Below are positions 1 through 9,414 of a DNA stretch of 38,948 nucleotides, piece by piece (position 1 is the stretch's first letter; every line of letters starts with the position of its first letter). A program made the position numbers and the translations under genes. Origin of the DNA: Nitrospirota bacterium (GTDB taxonomy: Bacteria; Nitrospirota; Nitrospiria; Nitrospirales; NS-4); contig VBOF01000023.1 of NCBI GenBank assembly GCA_005877855.1, positions 1 through 38,948 on the forward strand, written 5' to 3'. The notes beneath the pieces are model-generated. The model was not told where the DNA came from. It did no database searches and worked only from the letters and a program-made list of their open reading frames with translations.

Positions 1-1
1 A

Positions 2-718
2 CCGATCGGCTTCTTCCAGGCGGTCGCCGGACCGTCCCGTTCAGCCACTATTCCTCATGCAGAAACGACGCGCCTGATCGCCGAAGTCAAAAAGGCCTCG
101 CCCAGCAGGGGAGTCCTCTGCGAGGACTTCGACCCCCTCAAGATCGCCCAGACCTATCACGAACATGGCGCCGCCGCGCTCTCCGTCCTGACCGACCGGG
201 AGTTCTTCCAGGGCAGTCTCGACCACCTGCGCGCAATCCGCGAGAAGGTGCCGTTGTCCGCGCTCAACAAGGAGTTCATGGTGGACGAGCTGCAGTTCTA
301 CGAGGCGCGGGCACACCTAGCGGACGCCGTGCTCCTGATCGTTGCTGCTCTCGATCGTGTGCAACTGGTTGATTTCTACCATCTGGCCCGGCAAGAGTTC
401 GGCCTGGACGTCCTGCTCGAGGTGCACCAGGAGCGGGAGCTGGACCTGGTCCTCGAACGGCTTGGCGAAGCCCGGATCATCGGGATCAACAACCGCGACC
501 TGACGACGTTTGTGACAACCCTCGATGTGACCCTCCGGTTGGCCAAGCGCATTCCTGGCAACAAGCTGATCGTCAGCGAGAGCGGGATCTTCACGCGGAA
601 CGATGTGAAGCGGGTGGCCGAGGCGGGCGTCCGGGCCGTCCTGGTCGGCGAGTCCCTCATGACGGCCAAGGACGTCGGTGCGAAGATGAAGGAATTGATC
701 GGGCGCGAGGAAGAGTAG
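2..718 (+). CDS. trpC: Indole-3-glycerol phosphate synthase, 5' end cut by window edge
   Basis: Frame 2 is open from nt 2. Translation includes IAEVKKASPSRGVLCEDFDP, LSVLTDREFFQGS, GINNRDL and SESGI, which are typical TrpC motifs. Track ORF 248..718 is only the part after an internal start. Confidence 0.9.
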   Translation, partial: PIGFFQAVAGPSRSATIPHAETTRLIAEVKKASPSRGVLCEDFDPLKIAQTYHEHGAAALSVLTDREFFQGSLDHLRAIREKVPLSALNKEFMVDELQFYEARAHLADAVLLIVAALDRVQLVDFYHLARQEFGLDVLLEVHQERELDLVLERLGEARIIGINNRDLTTFVTTLDVTLRLAKRIPGNKLIVSESGIFTRNDVKRVAEAGVRAVLVGESLMTAKDVGAKMKELIGREEE

Positions 719-721
719 TTT

Positions 722-1087
722 CTACACCACGAACATCAGGCCGACCCGCTGGCTGGGTCCATGGTCCTTGTCCCTCACCCACTGCACGCGGGCGAGCACC
801 GGCACGTTCACCGGAACGGAGGGCATGGGGATCCAGGTCCGGACCAGCGAGCCGATCTCCAGGAATGAGTGCCCTCGTGTCTCCATGGCGATCCCGCCGC
901 TACTGAGGTCCACGATCTTCCCCTGAAAAAGCACTTCCTGGGGCGGCATGCTCGGTGTGCTGACCTTTCCCGTGTAGGTGACAGGGGACGCATACGAATG
1001 GCGTGGTGCCTTTCGTTTTTCCTCAGGCGATTGAACCACGGCACCAATCCTTTCGGGCAGGAGTTCACCGAGGGTAGACGGCAGCAA
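722..1087 (-). CDS. PilZ domain protein (c-di-GMP binding type)
   Basis: 121 aa ORF with an RxxxR-like KRKAPRHS motif followed by DLSSGGIAMET (D/NxSxxG). Convergent with trpC, only 3 nt between the stop codons. The start is TTG at 1087, or an internal GTG. Confidence 0.6.
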   Translation of the reverse strand: MLPSTLGELLPERIGAVVQSPEEKRKAPRHSYASPVTYTGKVSTPSMPPQEVLFQGKIVDLSSGGIAMETRGHSFLEIGSLVRTWIPMPSVPVNVPVLARVQWVRDKDHGPSQRVGLMFVV

Positions 1088-1111
1088 GCATAGACTGTTC
1101 GCTGTCGGACC

Positions 1112-2516
<1,405 letters not shown>

Positions 2517-2532
2517 ACGCGCGGATTATAGC

Positions 2533-3423
2533 ATGGAGCCTGGCTTGATGGCGCGGAGGGGTTGTGCTACGTTACACAACACAGCGTCAGTCGCAGCCGT
2601 CCGGCCCATCAAGAGGTTGATCCGTCCCGTGCGTCAGAAGGCCTTCATCACAGTGCTGGTCGTCAGTGCCGCGTGCGTCCTACCCTCGGCCGGCCTCGAT
2701 GCGGCCGGCAACAATCCCGTCCTCAAGGAGATTCAAAACACCGAAGAGTATTTCCCGGACGAGATCGGCAGCGTCTGGCGGTATCATGGCCGCACCCACA
2801 CGGATACGGTCGCGCAGGCCGGCGAGGTCACCTTTTCGAACGAAGTATCCGCCATCGGCACGACCAACATCAAAGGCGAAACCGTCAAGATCTTCCGCGA
2901 AACCAACCAAGGGAACAAGGGACCGACCGACGGGTTTTTCCGCCGGGACAAGACGGGGATCACCTACTATGGAAGCCAGCCCACCACGCCGTTTGAACAG
3001 CAGCTGGTCCCCTACCGGGTGCTGGCGTTCCCCCTGGTCATGAACGGCACCTTCCGGCAGCTCGAGAAGCGGGGCGTGGACATGCAGGCGGATCTCGACG
3101 GCGACGGCAGTCATGAGCGGGCGGACGTCGTGGCCGACGTGCGGGTCGTGGCGCACACGCCGGTAACGGTGCCGGCCGGCACCTTCAACGATGCCGTCCA
3201 GATCGATGCCTCGATGACCATCGTGATCTCCCTGACGAAGGACCGGCGCGTGATCACAAGCCGGGACCGGATCACGAGCTGGTTCGCCCGCGGCGTCGGA
3301 CTCGTGAAGTATGTAGAGGAGATCGAAGCCCCGCCCGTGCTGGAAACGCGGGGCGAGGTGACCTATGTGAGCGAGGAGCTGGAAAGCTACGCCCTCAAGG
3401 GGACGGTGGAAAGGGGCCTCTAA
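2533..3423 (+). CDS. Hypothetical secreted protein
   Basis: 296 aa ORF with a signal-peptide-like segment RQKAFITVLVVSAACVLPSAGLDAAG. I recognise no family. The true start may be the in-frame GTG at 2629. The 3' end overlaps the convergent bioF by 29 nt. Confidence 0.5.
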   Translation: MEPGLMARRGCATLHNTASVAAVRPIKRLIRPVRQKAFITVLVVSAACVLPSAGLDAAGNNPVLKEIQNTEEYFPDEIGSVWRYHGRTHTDTVAQAGEVTFSNEVSAIGTTNIKGETVKIFRETNQGNKGPTDGFFRRDKTGITYYGSQPTTPFEQQLVPYRVLAFPLVMNGTFRQLEKRGVDMQADLDGDGSHERADVVADVRVVAHTPVTVPAGTFNDAVQIDASMTIVISLTKDRRVITSRDRITSWFARGVGLVKYVEEIEAPPVLETRGEVTYVSEELESYALKGTVERGL

Positions 3424-4591
3424 GTCTCTCCCGCAGAGCATCGTCCGACGTGCAGACCTTCTGCAAGACCTCCAGCAGGTGATCAATCTGTGCCGGCGCG
3501 TGGCCGGCCGTCACGCTCAGGCGGATGCGACTGGTGCCGGCAGGTACCGTCGGAGGGCGGATGGCCGGCGCGTAGACGCCGTGGGCCAGCAGGGCCTCGG
3601 AGAGACGGAGCGCCGCCTCGGCATCTCCGATGAAGAGCGGAATGATCGGCGTGCGGCTGTCCAGGGTGTCGAAGCCCGCCTGCCTGACGCCGTCGTGAAG
3701 GCGACGACGCAGAGCCCACAACCGCTCCCGTCGCTCCGGTTCATCTTCGATCACGTCAAGTGCGGCGATGGCGGCCGCGGCCAGCGCGGGCGGGAGCGCG
3801 GTCGTGTAGATGAAGGTGCGCGCCCGGTTCACTAGGTACTCGATCAGGTCTCGAGGCCCCGCCACGAAGCCACCGAGCCCCCCCAGCGCCTTGCTGAGGG
3901 TCCCCATCTGCACGAGCGGCCGGCCCTCCAGACCGAAGTGCTCCACCGTCCCCCGACCGGTCGCTCCCATGACGCCGGTCCCGTGCGCGTCGTCCACGAC
4001 CACGGTGGCGCCGGCGTGCTCCCCCGCCTTGTCGAGCTCGGGGAGGGGAGCCAGGTCGCCGTCCATGCTGAACACGCCGTCCGTGACGACCAACGCGGGG
4101 CGGGGAGCCCGCCCACGTCGCAGGAGCCGCGTCAGCTGTGCATAGTCCCGGTGACGATACACCCGCAGCGGGACGTCGCAGAGGCGGCACGCGTCAATCA
4201 AGCTGGCGTGGCAGAGCCTGTCGGCGTAGATGACGGAGCAGTCTTCCGCCAGTGTGGTGATCAGGCCCAGGTTCGCCTGGTATCCGGTCGGGAACACCAG
4301 AGCGGCCTCGACGCGCTTGAAGGCCGCCAGGCGCGCTTCCAGTTCCCGATGGGGGCGCAGACTCCCGGATACCAGCCGCGAGGCCCCCGCCCCAACCCCG
4401 TAGCGGCGGACGGCGTTGATGGCGGCTTCGGTCACCCGCGGATGGGCGGCGAGGTCCAAGTAATTATTGGAGGAGAAAAGGAGGATCCGGCGTCCTTCCA
4501 GCTCGACTTCGGGGCCGGGGGCGGAATCGATCGTGCGCAGTCGCCGGAGGAGGGAGCGCCGGGCCAAGGCATCCAAGCGGGAGCGGAACAT
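3395..4591 (-). CDS. bioF: 8-amino-7-oxononanoate synthase
   Basis: Contains LLFSSNNYLDLAAHPRV, DDAHGTGVMG and the PLP-lysine motif GTLSKALGG. ATG at 4591 is preceded by AGGGG. The track ORF extends to a TTG at 4627. Confidence 0.9.
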   Translation of the reverse strand: MFRSRLDALARRSLLRRLRTIDSAPGPEVELEGRRILLFSSNNYLDLAAHPRVTEAAINAVRRYGVGAGASRLVSGSLRPHRELEARLAAFKRVEAALVFPTGYQANLGLITTLAEDCSVIYADRLCHASLIDACRLCDVPLRVYRHRDYAQLTRLLRRGRAPRPALVVTDGVFSMDGDLAPLPELDKAGEHAGATVVVDDAHGTGVMGATGRGTVEHFGLEGRPLVQMGTLSKALGGLGGFVAGPRDLIEYLVNRARTFIYTTALPPALAAAAIAALDVIEDEPERRERLWALRRRLHDGVRQAGFDTLDSRTPIIPLFIGDAEAALRLSEALLAHGVYAPAIRPPTVPAGTSRIRLSVTAGHAPAQIDHLLEVLQKVCTSDDALRERLRGPFPPSP

Positions 4592-4639
4592 GACGCCCCT
4601 CATACTCCGGACCTGTCGAGGTGTCAACCGCGACGGCCG

Positions 4640-7027
4640 TTACGGCGCACTGAGGGTCGCGCGCCTTCGCCAACGGGCATGTCCGATCATGCCCAGACAG
4701 ATCAGCATGCCTGCGAGGGAGGCCGCTGCGCCCGCGCGCAGCAGTGGCGTCTCATACCGGAATGTGACGGTGTGGTCGCCCGCCGGCACGATGACTGCCC
4801 GCACCAGCGCATTGGCCCGCAGAATCGGCATCTCAGCGCCGCTTTCCAGGGTAGCCCGCCAGCCCTGATCGAAGGCGTCCAGCAGGACCAGGACAGCCGG
4901 CTGCGGGGTCTCCACCCGCACCCGCACCTCTTCGGGTGCGTAGCGCTCGATCACGGCGGAGCCGCTGAGCGCGGGGCCCGGCAGGGTCGCGTCGGTCGTT
5001 TCGATCACATCCACGTCTCCGTTCAGGAAATCGGGCCTCGCGAGGAGGGCGGCGGGATCGAGGGGCGTGGGGGCGTGCTCCGGACGCGGCGACAGATAGA
5101 CGCGCGGCCTGGCGGGGATCGGATTCTCGAACAGCGCCAGGTCATAGGGCGGAAGCTCCGCCACAAGCCCCTTCGCGAGCCGCGGGTCTTTCAAGTGGTA
5201 CCGCCGACCGATGTAGTACTTGGCGTTCAGACGCGCCGCGGCCTCGATACCCGTCCGCGGGTTCAATGTCTCGGCGAACCGGGAGCTGTAACCAGACAGA
5301 TAAGGCAAAACGGATTCGAGGTGAAAATCAGCGTTGTGCTCGTGGTCGAGAGCCTGCCGACGTTCCACTGACCCGGCGCCATCGTACCCGAGCAGACCCA
5401 TGAATTCGCTCGGCCACACGAGGACCGGCTCAGGAATAGAAATCAGTCGGAACCGTCCGGGACCGCCCGTGCCTTCACGCGCCTTCAGGATTTCGGCGAG
5501 TGGCGGGGTGAAGGTCGCGGTTTCGCCGGGTGCGGTGTGATAGACCTCCAGGTTCGCGCGTGTGAGGTCCAGCGCCACTATCATCACCAAGGCGACGAGG
5601 AGCGCTGCTTGCTGAAGTAAGTGCCGGCGAATCGCAAGGATCACGAGGGCCGTTCCGCTAGTCGCGGTTGCACTCCAGAGAAAGGCAACCGCTGCCGTCT
5701 GTGTCACTTCGCGGGCCAAGCCTTCAGTTGCTCCGAAATACGCAGTTGTCCACATGCTGGCTGCCTCGGTCCGAAGGCCGAGCCACGCTGCTGTACACAG
5801 TGCGGTCGCCACGAACCAAGGTGCGGGCCTTCCCTGGTCAGTCCGTAACACATCGAGTCCTGCTCCGGCGAGCATGGCAGCTGCAAAGGTCACCACTCCT
5901 ATGAACTTTTCAGGGTACCGGAACGCCGACCAGAGTGGCACCACCTTATACAAGACCGCGTACAGACCGCCGAACTGCCCGAGCGAAAGCAGCAGCGCAA
6001 CGCCACCGAGTACAACGAACACGTTCAGATCGCGGCGGTGCCAGGCCCCGAGGAGGGCCAGTCCTGTGACAGGGACCCCCAGGTAGACACTCTCGGCCCA
6101 GAAGCCGCCGTGCGGTGTGCCGAACAGGACGCGTGCCATCACCACGGGATCTACTTGTTCGCGTAGTGGCGAGGCGAGCACGTTCACTAACCGCAGGGGA
6201 TAAGTCGACCAGTGGAGCGCCTGCTCTTGGAACAGAAAGGGCAGTGCGCGTTCGCTGCCTAGAAAAACCACCCAGGCTGGCCCGAGTTGCACACCTGCCA
6301 GCAGGAGGGCGAGTCCTGCGGTGAGGGCCAGCCGGAGCCCCGCTTCCCGGTAGGCGCCAGGCGCACGGGCCCAGGCCCAGAGCAGGGCAATGAAGCCATA
6401 GTAATACCCCGTCTGCACATCGCCGTTGAGGAAGAGCGTCGCCCACACGACCGCCGGTGCCACCGCCCACGGGCGCGTGCCCACGAGGACCTTCTCCAGC
6501 CCGGCACAGAAGAACGGGAGCAGGCAGATCGAGTACAGGTACGTGAGGTTGTCCGTGAGGGACACGACGTAGCCGGAGAGCGCGAACGCCAGGCCAGCCA
6601 GCAGCGCCCCGGTGCGCGAGACGTGCAGCGTGCGGCCCAGCGCAAAGGCGCCGAGCGCGGCGAGCAGGCACGCGAGCAGCGTCGAGAGCCGATACGCGTC
6701 GGGGACCGAGAAGAAGACGTAGAGCGCCGTGAACGGATGGAAGACGCCCGTGTGTGTCACGCCGATATACGGGCGGCCTAGGGCCTCGTACGGGAACCAC
6801 TGCGGGAGTTCACCGGTGGCAAGCCGCTCGATGAGGTAGTGCTTGAGCGGGAGAAAAAACCGGAATGCATCGCGTTTGATGAGGACCAGCCCCGGCCACC
6901 AGAGGCCGTGGTAGAAGACGAGGGTGATGCCGCAGAGGGCGGCCACGGCGGCGCCCGAGGGCGCGCTGAGCCACGCGATGCGGCCGCGCCCGGCGCGGGT
7001 CGGCTCGGGTAAAGCGGATGTCCTCAT
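4640..7027 (-). CDS. YfhO-like GT-C fold polytopic membrane protein, paralog 1
   Basis: ~795 aa with many TM helices. The first loop reads LIKRDAFRFFLPLKHYLIERLATGELPQWFPYEALGRPYIG. A C-terminal soluble domain (LLDAFDQGWRATLESGAEMPILRANALVRAVIVPAGDHTVTFRYETP) is followed by a final TM helix, the YfhO-family layout. The likely ATG at 7027 overlaps the stop of paralog 2 as ATGA. Confidence 0.65.
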   Translation of the reverse strand: MRTSALPEPTRAGRGRIAWLSAPSGAAVAALCGITLVFYHGLWWPGLVLIKRDAFRFFLPLKHYLIERLATGELPQWFPYEALGRPYIGVTHTGVFHPFTALYVFFSVPDAYRLSTLLACLLAALGAFALGRTLHVSRTGALLAGLAFALSGYVVSLTDNLTYLYSICLLPFFCAGLEKVLVGTRPWAVAPAVVWATLFLNGDVQTGYYYGFIALLWAWARAPGAYREAGLRLALTAGLALLLAGVQLGPAWVVFLGSERALPFLFQEQALHWSTYPLRLVNVLASPLREQVDPVVMARVLFGTPHGGFWAESVYLGVPVTGLALLGAWHRRDLNVFVVLGGVALLLSLGQFGGLYAVLYKVVPLWSAFRYPEKFIGVVTFAAAMLAGAGLDVLRTDQGRPAPWFVATALCTAAWLGLRTEAASMWTTAYFGATEGLAREVTQTAAVAFLWSATATSGTALVILAIRRHLLQQAALLVALVMIVALDLTRANLEVYHTAPGETATFTPPLAEILKAREGTGGPGRFRLISIPEPVLVWPSEFMGLLGYDGAGSVERRQALDHEHNADFHLESVLPYLSGYSSRFAETLNPRTGIEAAARLNAKYYIGRRYHLKDPRLAKGLVAELPPYDLALFENPIPARPRVYLSPRPEHAPTPLDPAALLARPDFLNGDVDVIETTDATLPGPALSGSAVIERYAPEEVRVRVETPQPAVLVLLDAFDQGWRATLESGAEMPILRANALVRAVIVPAGDHTVTFRYETPLLRAGAAASLAGMLICLGMIGHARWRRRATLSAP

Positions 7028-9414
7028 GGCGGGGCCGTCGGAGGGCCCAGCCGCTGCCAGCGGGCACGTGCGAGCAGCGCCAGGCAGAGCGCACACCCCA
7101 CCAGGGAGGCCGCCGCGCCCACGCGCAGCAGCGGCGTCTCATACTGGAACGTGACGGTGTGGACGCCCTCCGGCACGATAACTGCCCGCACCAGCGCATT
7201 GGCCTGCAGAATCGGCAACTCAGCGCCGCTTTCCAGGGTGGCCCGCCAGCCCTTGTCAAAGGCATCGAGCAGAATGAGGACGGCGGCGTGCGGGGTCTCC
7301 GTCCGCACCCGCACCTCTTCGGGTGCGTAGCGCTCGATCACGGCAGAGCCGCCGAGCGCGGGGCCCGGCATGGCGACGTCCGCCGTTTCGATCACGTCCA
7401 CGGTCCCGTCCAGGAAATCGGGTCTCGCAAGCAGGGCTACCGGATCGACCGGTGAGGCCGCACGCTCGGGTTTCGGCGACAAATAGGCCCGCGGCTTGGA
7501 AGGAATGGGATTCTTGAACAGCGCGAGTTCGTACTCCGGCAAGGTGGCCACCAGCCCACGTGCAACCTGCGACTCCTTCAAGTGAGACAGCAAGCCGATG
7601 TAATAGGTCACGTTGAAGCGCGCAGCCGCCTGCGTTCCCATCTTCTGCCTGACCATGGCAATAAACTCTGCCTTGTAGCCGGGAAGATAGCGTTTGGCCA
7701 ACTCGATATGGAACTCGGCATTGTGTAACACGTCAAGCGCCTGTCGCCGCGCCACCATCACCGCCTCATAGTAGCCAAGCTGGTGAATGAGGGATTCTGG
7801 AACTACCGCTTTGCGCTCGTCGAGGGGGACCACTCGGAAATGGCCGGGATGCAGGGAGCCTTCACGCGATTTGAGCACTTCGGCAAACGGTGGGACGAAC
7901 GTGGCGGCCTCAACGGGTGCGGTGTGGTAGGCACCGAGGTTCGCGCGTGAAAGGTCCAGGGCAACGATTATGACCAGGACGATGAGAAGGAGCCTCGGAT
8001 GAAGCCGCCCGCGCGTAAGCCCGCCCACGATGATTCCTACGCCCAGCGCCGCAACTGCGCTGAACAGAAAGGCCAGGGCAGCCGAGTCGGTCAACTCGCG
8101 AGCCAGGGTCGCCGGTGCTCCAAGGAGGGCGGCTGTCCACGCGCTGACGATGTCGATATGAAAGCCGAGCCCCGCGACTCCGCAGAGGACCGCTACTGCA
8201 AACCAGGGCCTCTGGCCTCCAGCCCCAGTCCGCAGTGCATCGAGCCCAGCTCCTGCCAGCATCGCGATGGCGAAGGAAAAGAGGCCCATGAACTTCTCGG
8301 GGAATCGGAATGCTGACCAGAGCGGCACGATCCGGTAGAAAACCTCATAGAGGCCGCCCCACCGCCCGAGCGAGAGAAGAAGTGCCAGGATGCCCAGGAG
8401 GGCCAGAACGCGCAAGTCACGGCGCTGCCACGCCCCCAGGAACGCCAATCCTGTCACTGGAACCCCGAGGTAAAGACTCTCCGCCCAAAAATAGCCGATG
8501 TCTCTTCCCCTCAAACCGCTGTATGAAGCTCCTGCCTCATCGGTCGGGTCGGCGTATTCGCCGATCGGCGAAGCCAAGACGGTCAGGAGGCGAAGGGGAT
8601 GGGTTGACCAGACCAGCGCTTGTTCATGGAACTGCGCTGGGTGCAGGCGTTCGCTGTCTACGAAAACAGCCCATGCCGGTCCCAGTTGAATGGCTGCGAG
8701 CAGGATGACAAGAGCGCATACCGGCGCCAGCCTGAGGCACGCTGCGAGTCGAGAGTCTCGGGCGCGTGCTGCTGTCCAAAGGAGCGCGACGAAACCGTAG
8801 TAATACCCCGTTTGGATGTCGCCGATCAGAAAGACCGTTGTCCAAACGACTGCCGGCGCCACCGCCCATGCGCGCGCGCCGTTCAAGGCCTTGTCAAGGG
8901 CGAGGCAGAACAGCGGCAGCATACAGATCGAGTACAGGTAGAGGACGCTCTCGGTGAGCGAGACGACATAACCCGAGAGGGCGAAGGCAAGGCCGGCGAG
9001 CAAGGACCCCGTGCGCGAAACGTTCAGCCTGCGACCCAGCGTGAAGGCTCCAATGGCGGCCAGCAGGCAGGTGAGGAGCGTTGCGGCGCGATGCGCATCG
9101 TGCACTGAAAAGAGGAACGCCAGCGCTGTGAACGGGTGAAAGGTCCCGGTGTGGGTCGCTCCGATATACGGGCGGCCCAAGGATTCATAGGGGAACCATT
9201 GCGGAAGCTCGCCCGCCGAAAGCCGCTCCATCAGGTACTGCTTGAGCGGGGGATAGAATCCATAGGAATCCCGTTTAATGAGCACAAGACCTGGCAGCCA
9301 GAGTCCATGGAAGAAAGCGAGTGTGACGCCGAGGAGGGCAATGACGGCCAGGACGGTCCTTGTCTTAGCAGCCAGTCTGGGAGAGGAAGCTTCCGGGAGC
9401 GCGGGCGAGTTCAT
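7024..9414 (-). CDS. YfhO-like GT-C fold polytopic membrane protein, paralog 2
   Basis: Same architecture as paralog 1 and collinear with it over its full length. The likely ATG at 9414 overlaps the stop of paralog 3 as ATGA. Confidence 0.65.
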   Translation of the reverse strand: MNSPALPEASSPRLAAKTRTVLAVIALLGVTLAFFHGLWLPGLVLIKRDSYGFYPPLKQYLMERLSAGELPQWFPYESLGRPYIGATHTGTFHPFTALAFLFSVHDAHRAATLLTCLLAAIGAFTLGRRLNVSRTGSLLAGLAFALSGYVVSLTESVLYLYSICMLPLFCLALDKALNGARAWAVAPAVVWTTVFLIGDIQTGYYYGFVALLWTAARARDSRLAACLRLAPVCALVILLAAIQLGPAWAVFVDSERLHPAQFHEQALVWSTHPLRLLTVLASPIGEYADPTDEAGASYSGLRGRDIGYFWAESLYLGVPVTGLAFLGAWQRRDLRVLALLGILALLLSLGRWGGLYEVFYRIVPLWSAFRFPEKFMGLFSFAIAMLAGAGLDALRTGAGGQRPWFAVAVLCGVAGLGFHIDIVSAWTAALLGAPATLARELTDSAALAFLFSAVAALGVGIIVGGLTRGRLHPRLLLIVLVIIVALDLSRANLGAYHTAPVEAATFVPPFAEVLKSREGSLHPGHFRVVPLDERKAVVPESLIHQLGYYEAVMVARRQALDVLHNAEFHIELAKRYLPGYKAEFIAMVRQKMGTQAAARFNVTYYIGLLSHLKESQVARGLVATLPEYELALFKNPIPSKPRAYLSPKPERAASPVDPVALLARPDFLDGTVDVIETADVAMPGPALGGSAVIERYAPEEVRVRTETPHAAVLILLDAFDKGWRATLESGAELPILQANALVRAVIVPEGVHTVTFQYETPLLRVGAAASLVGCALCLALLARARWQRLGPPTAPP

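Noticed and set aside
4599-4627. TTGACA-17 nt-TATGAG on the minus strand just upstream of bioF
   Set aside because: The predicted TSS would fall on the ATG itself (a leaderless transcript). bioF is only about 50 nt downstream of the YfhO-like gene in an apparent operon, so the evidence is too weak.
3938-5371. 477 aa ORF on the + strand
   Set aside because: It is antisense to bioF and YfhO-like paralog 1 and crosses their boundary. Its Arg/Gly/Pro-rich, low-complexity translation is typical of shadow ORFs in high-GC DNA.
7027-7096. N-terminal extensions of the YfhO-like ORFs (also 9414..9474 and 11647..11785)
   Set aside because: The extensions overlap the 3' end of the upstream gene and are not conserved among paralogs. 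Internal ATGs forming ATGA overlaps are more plausible starts.
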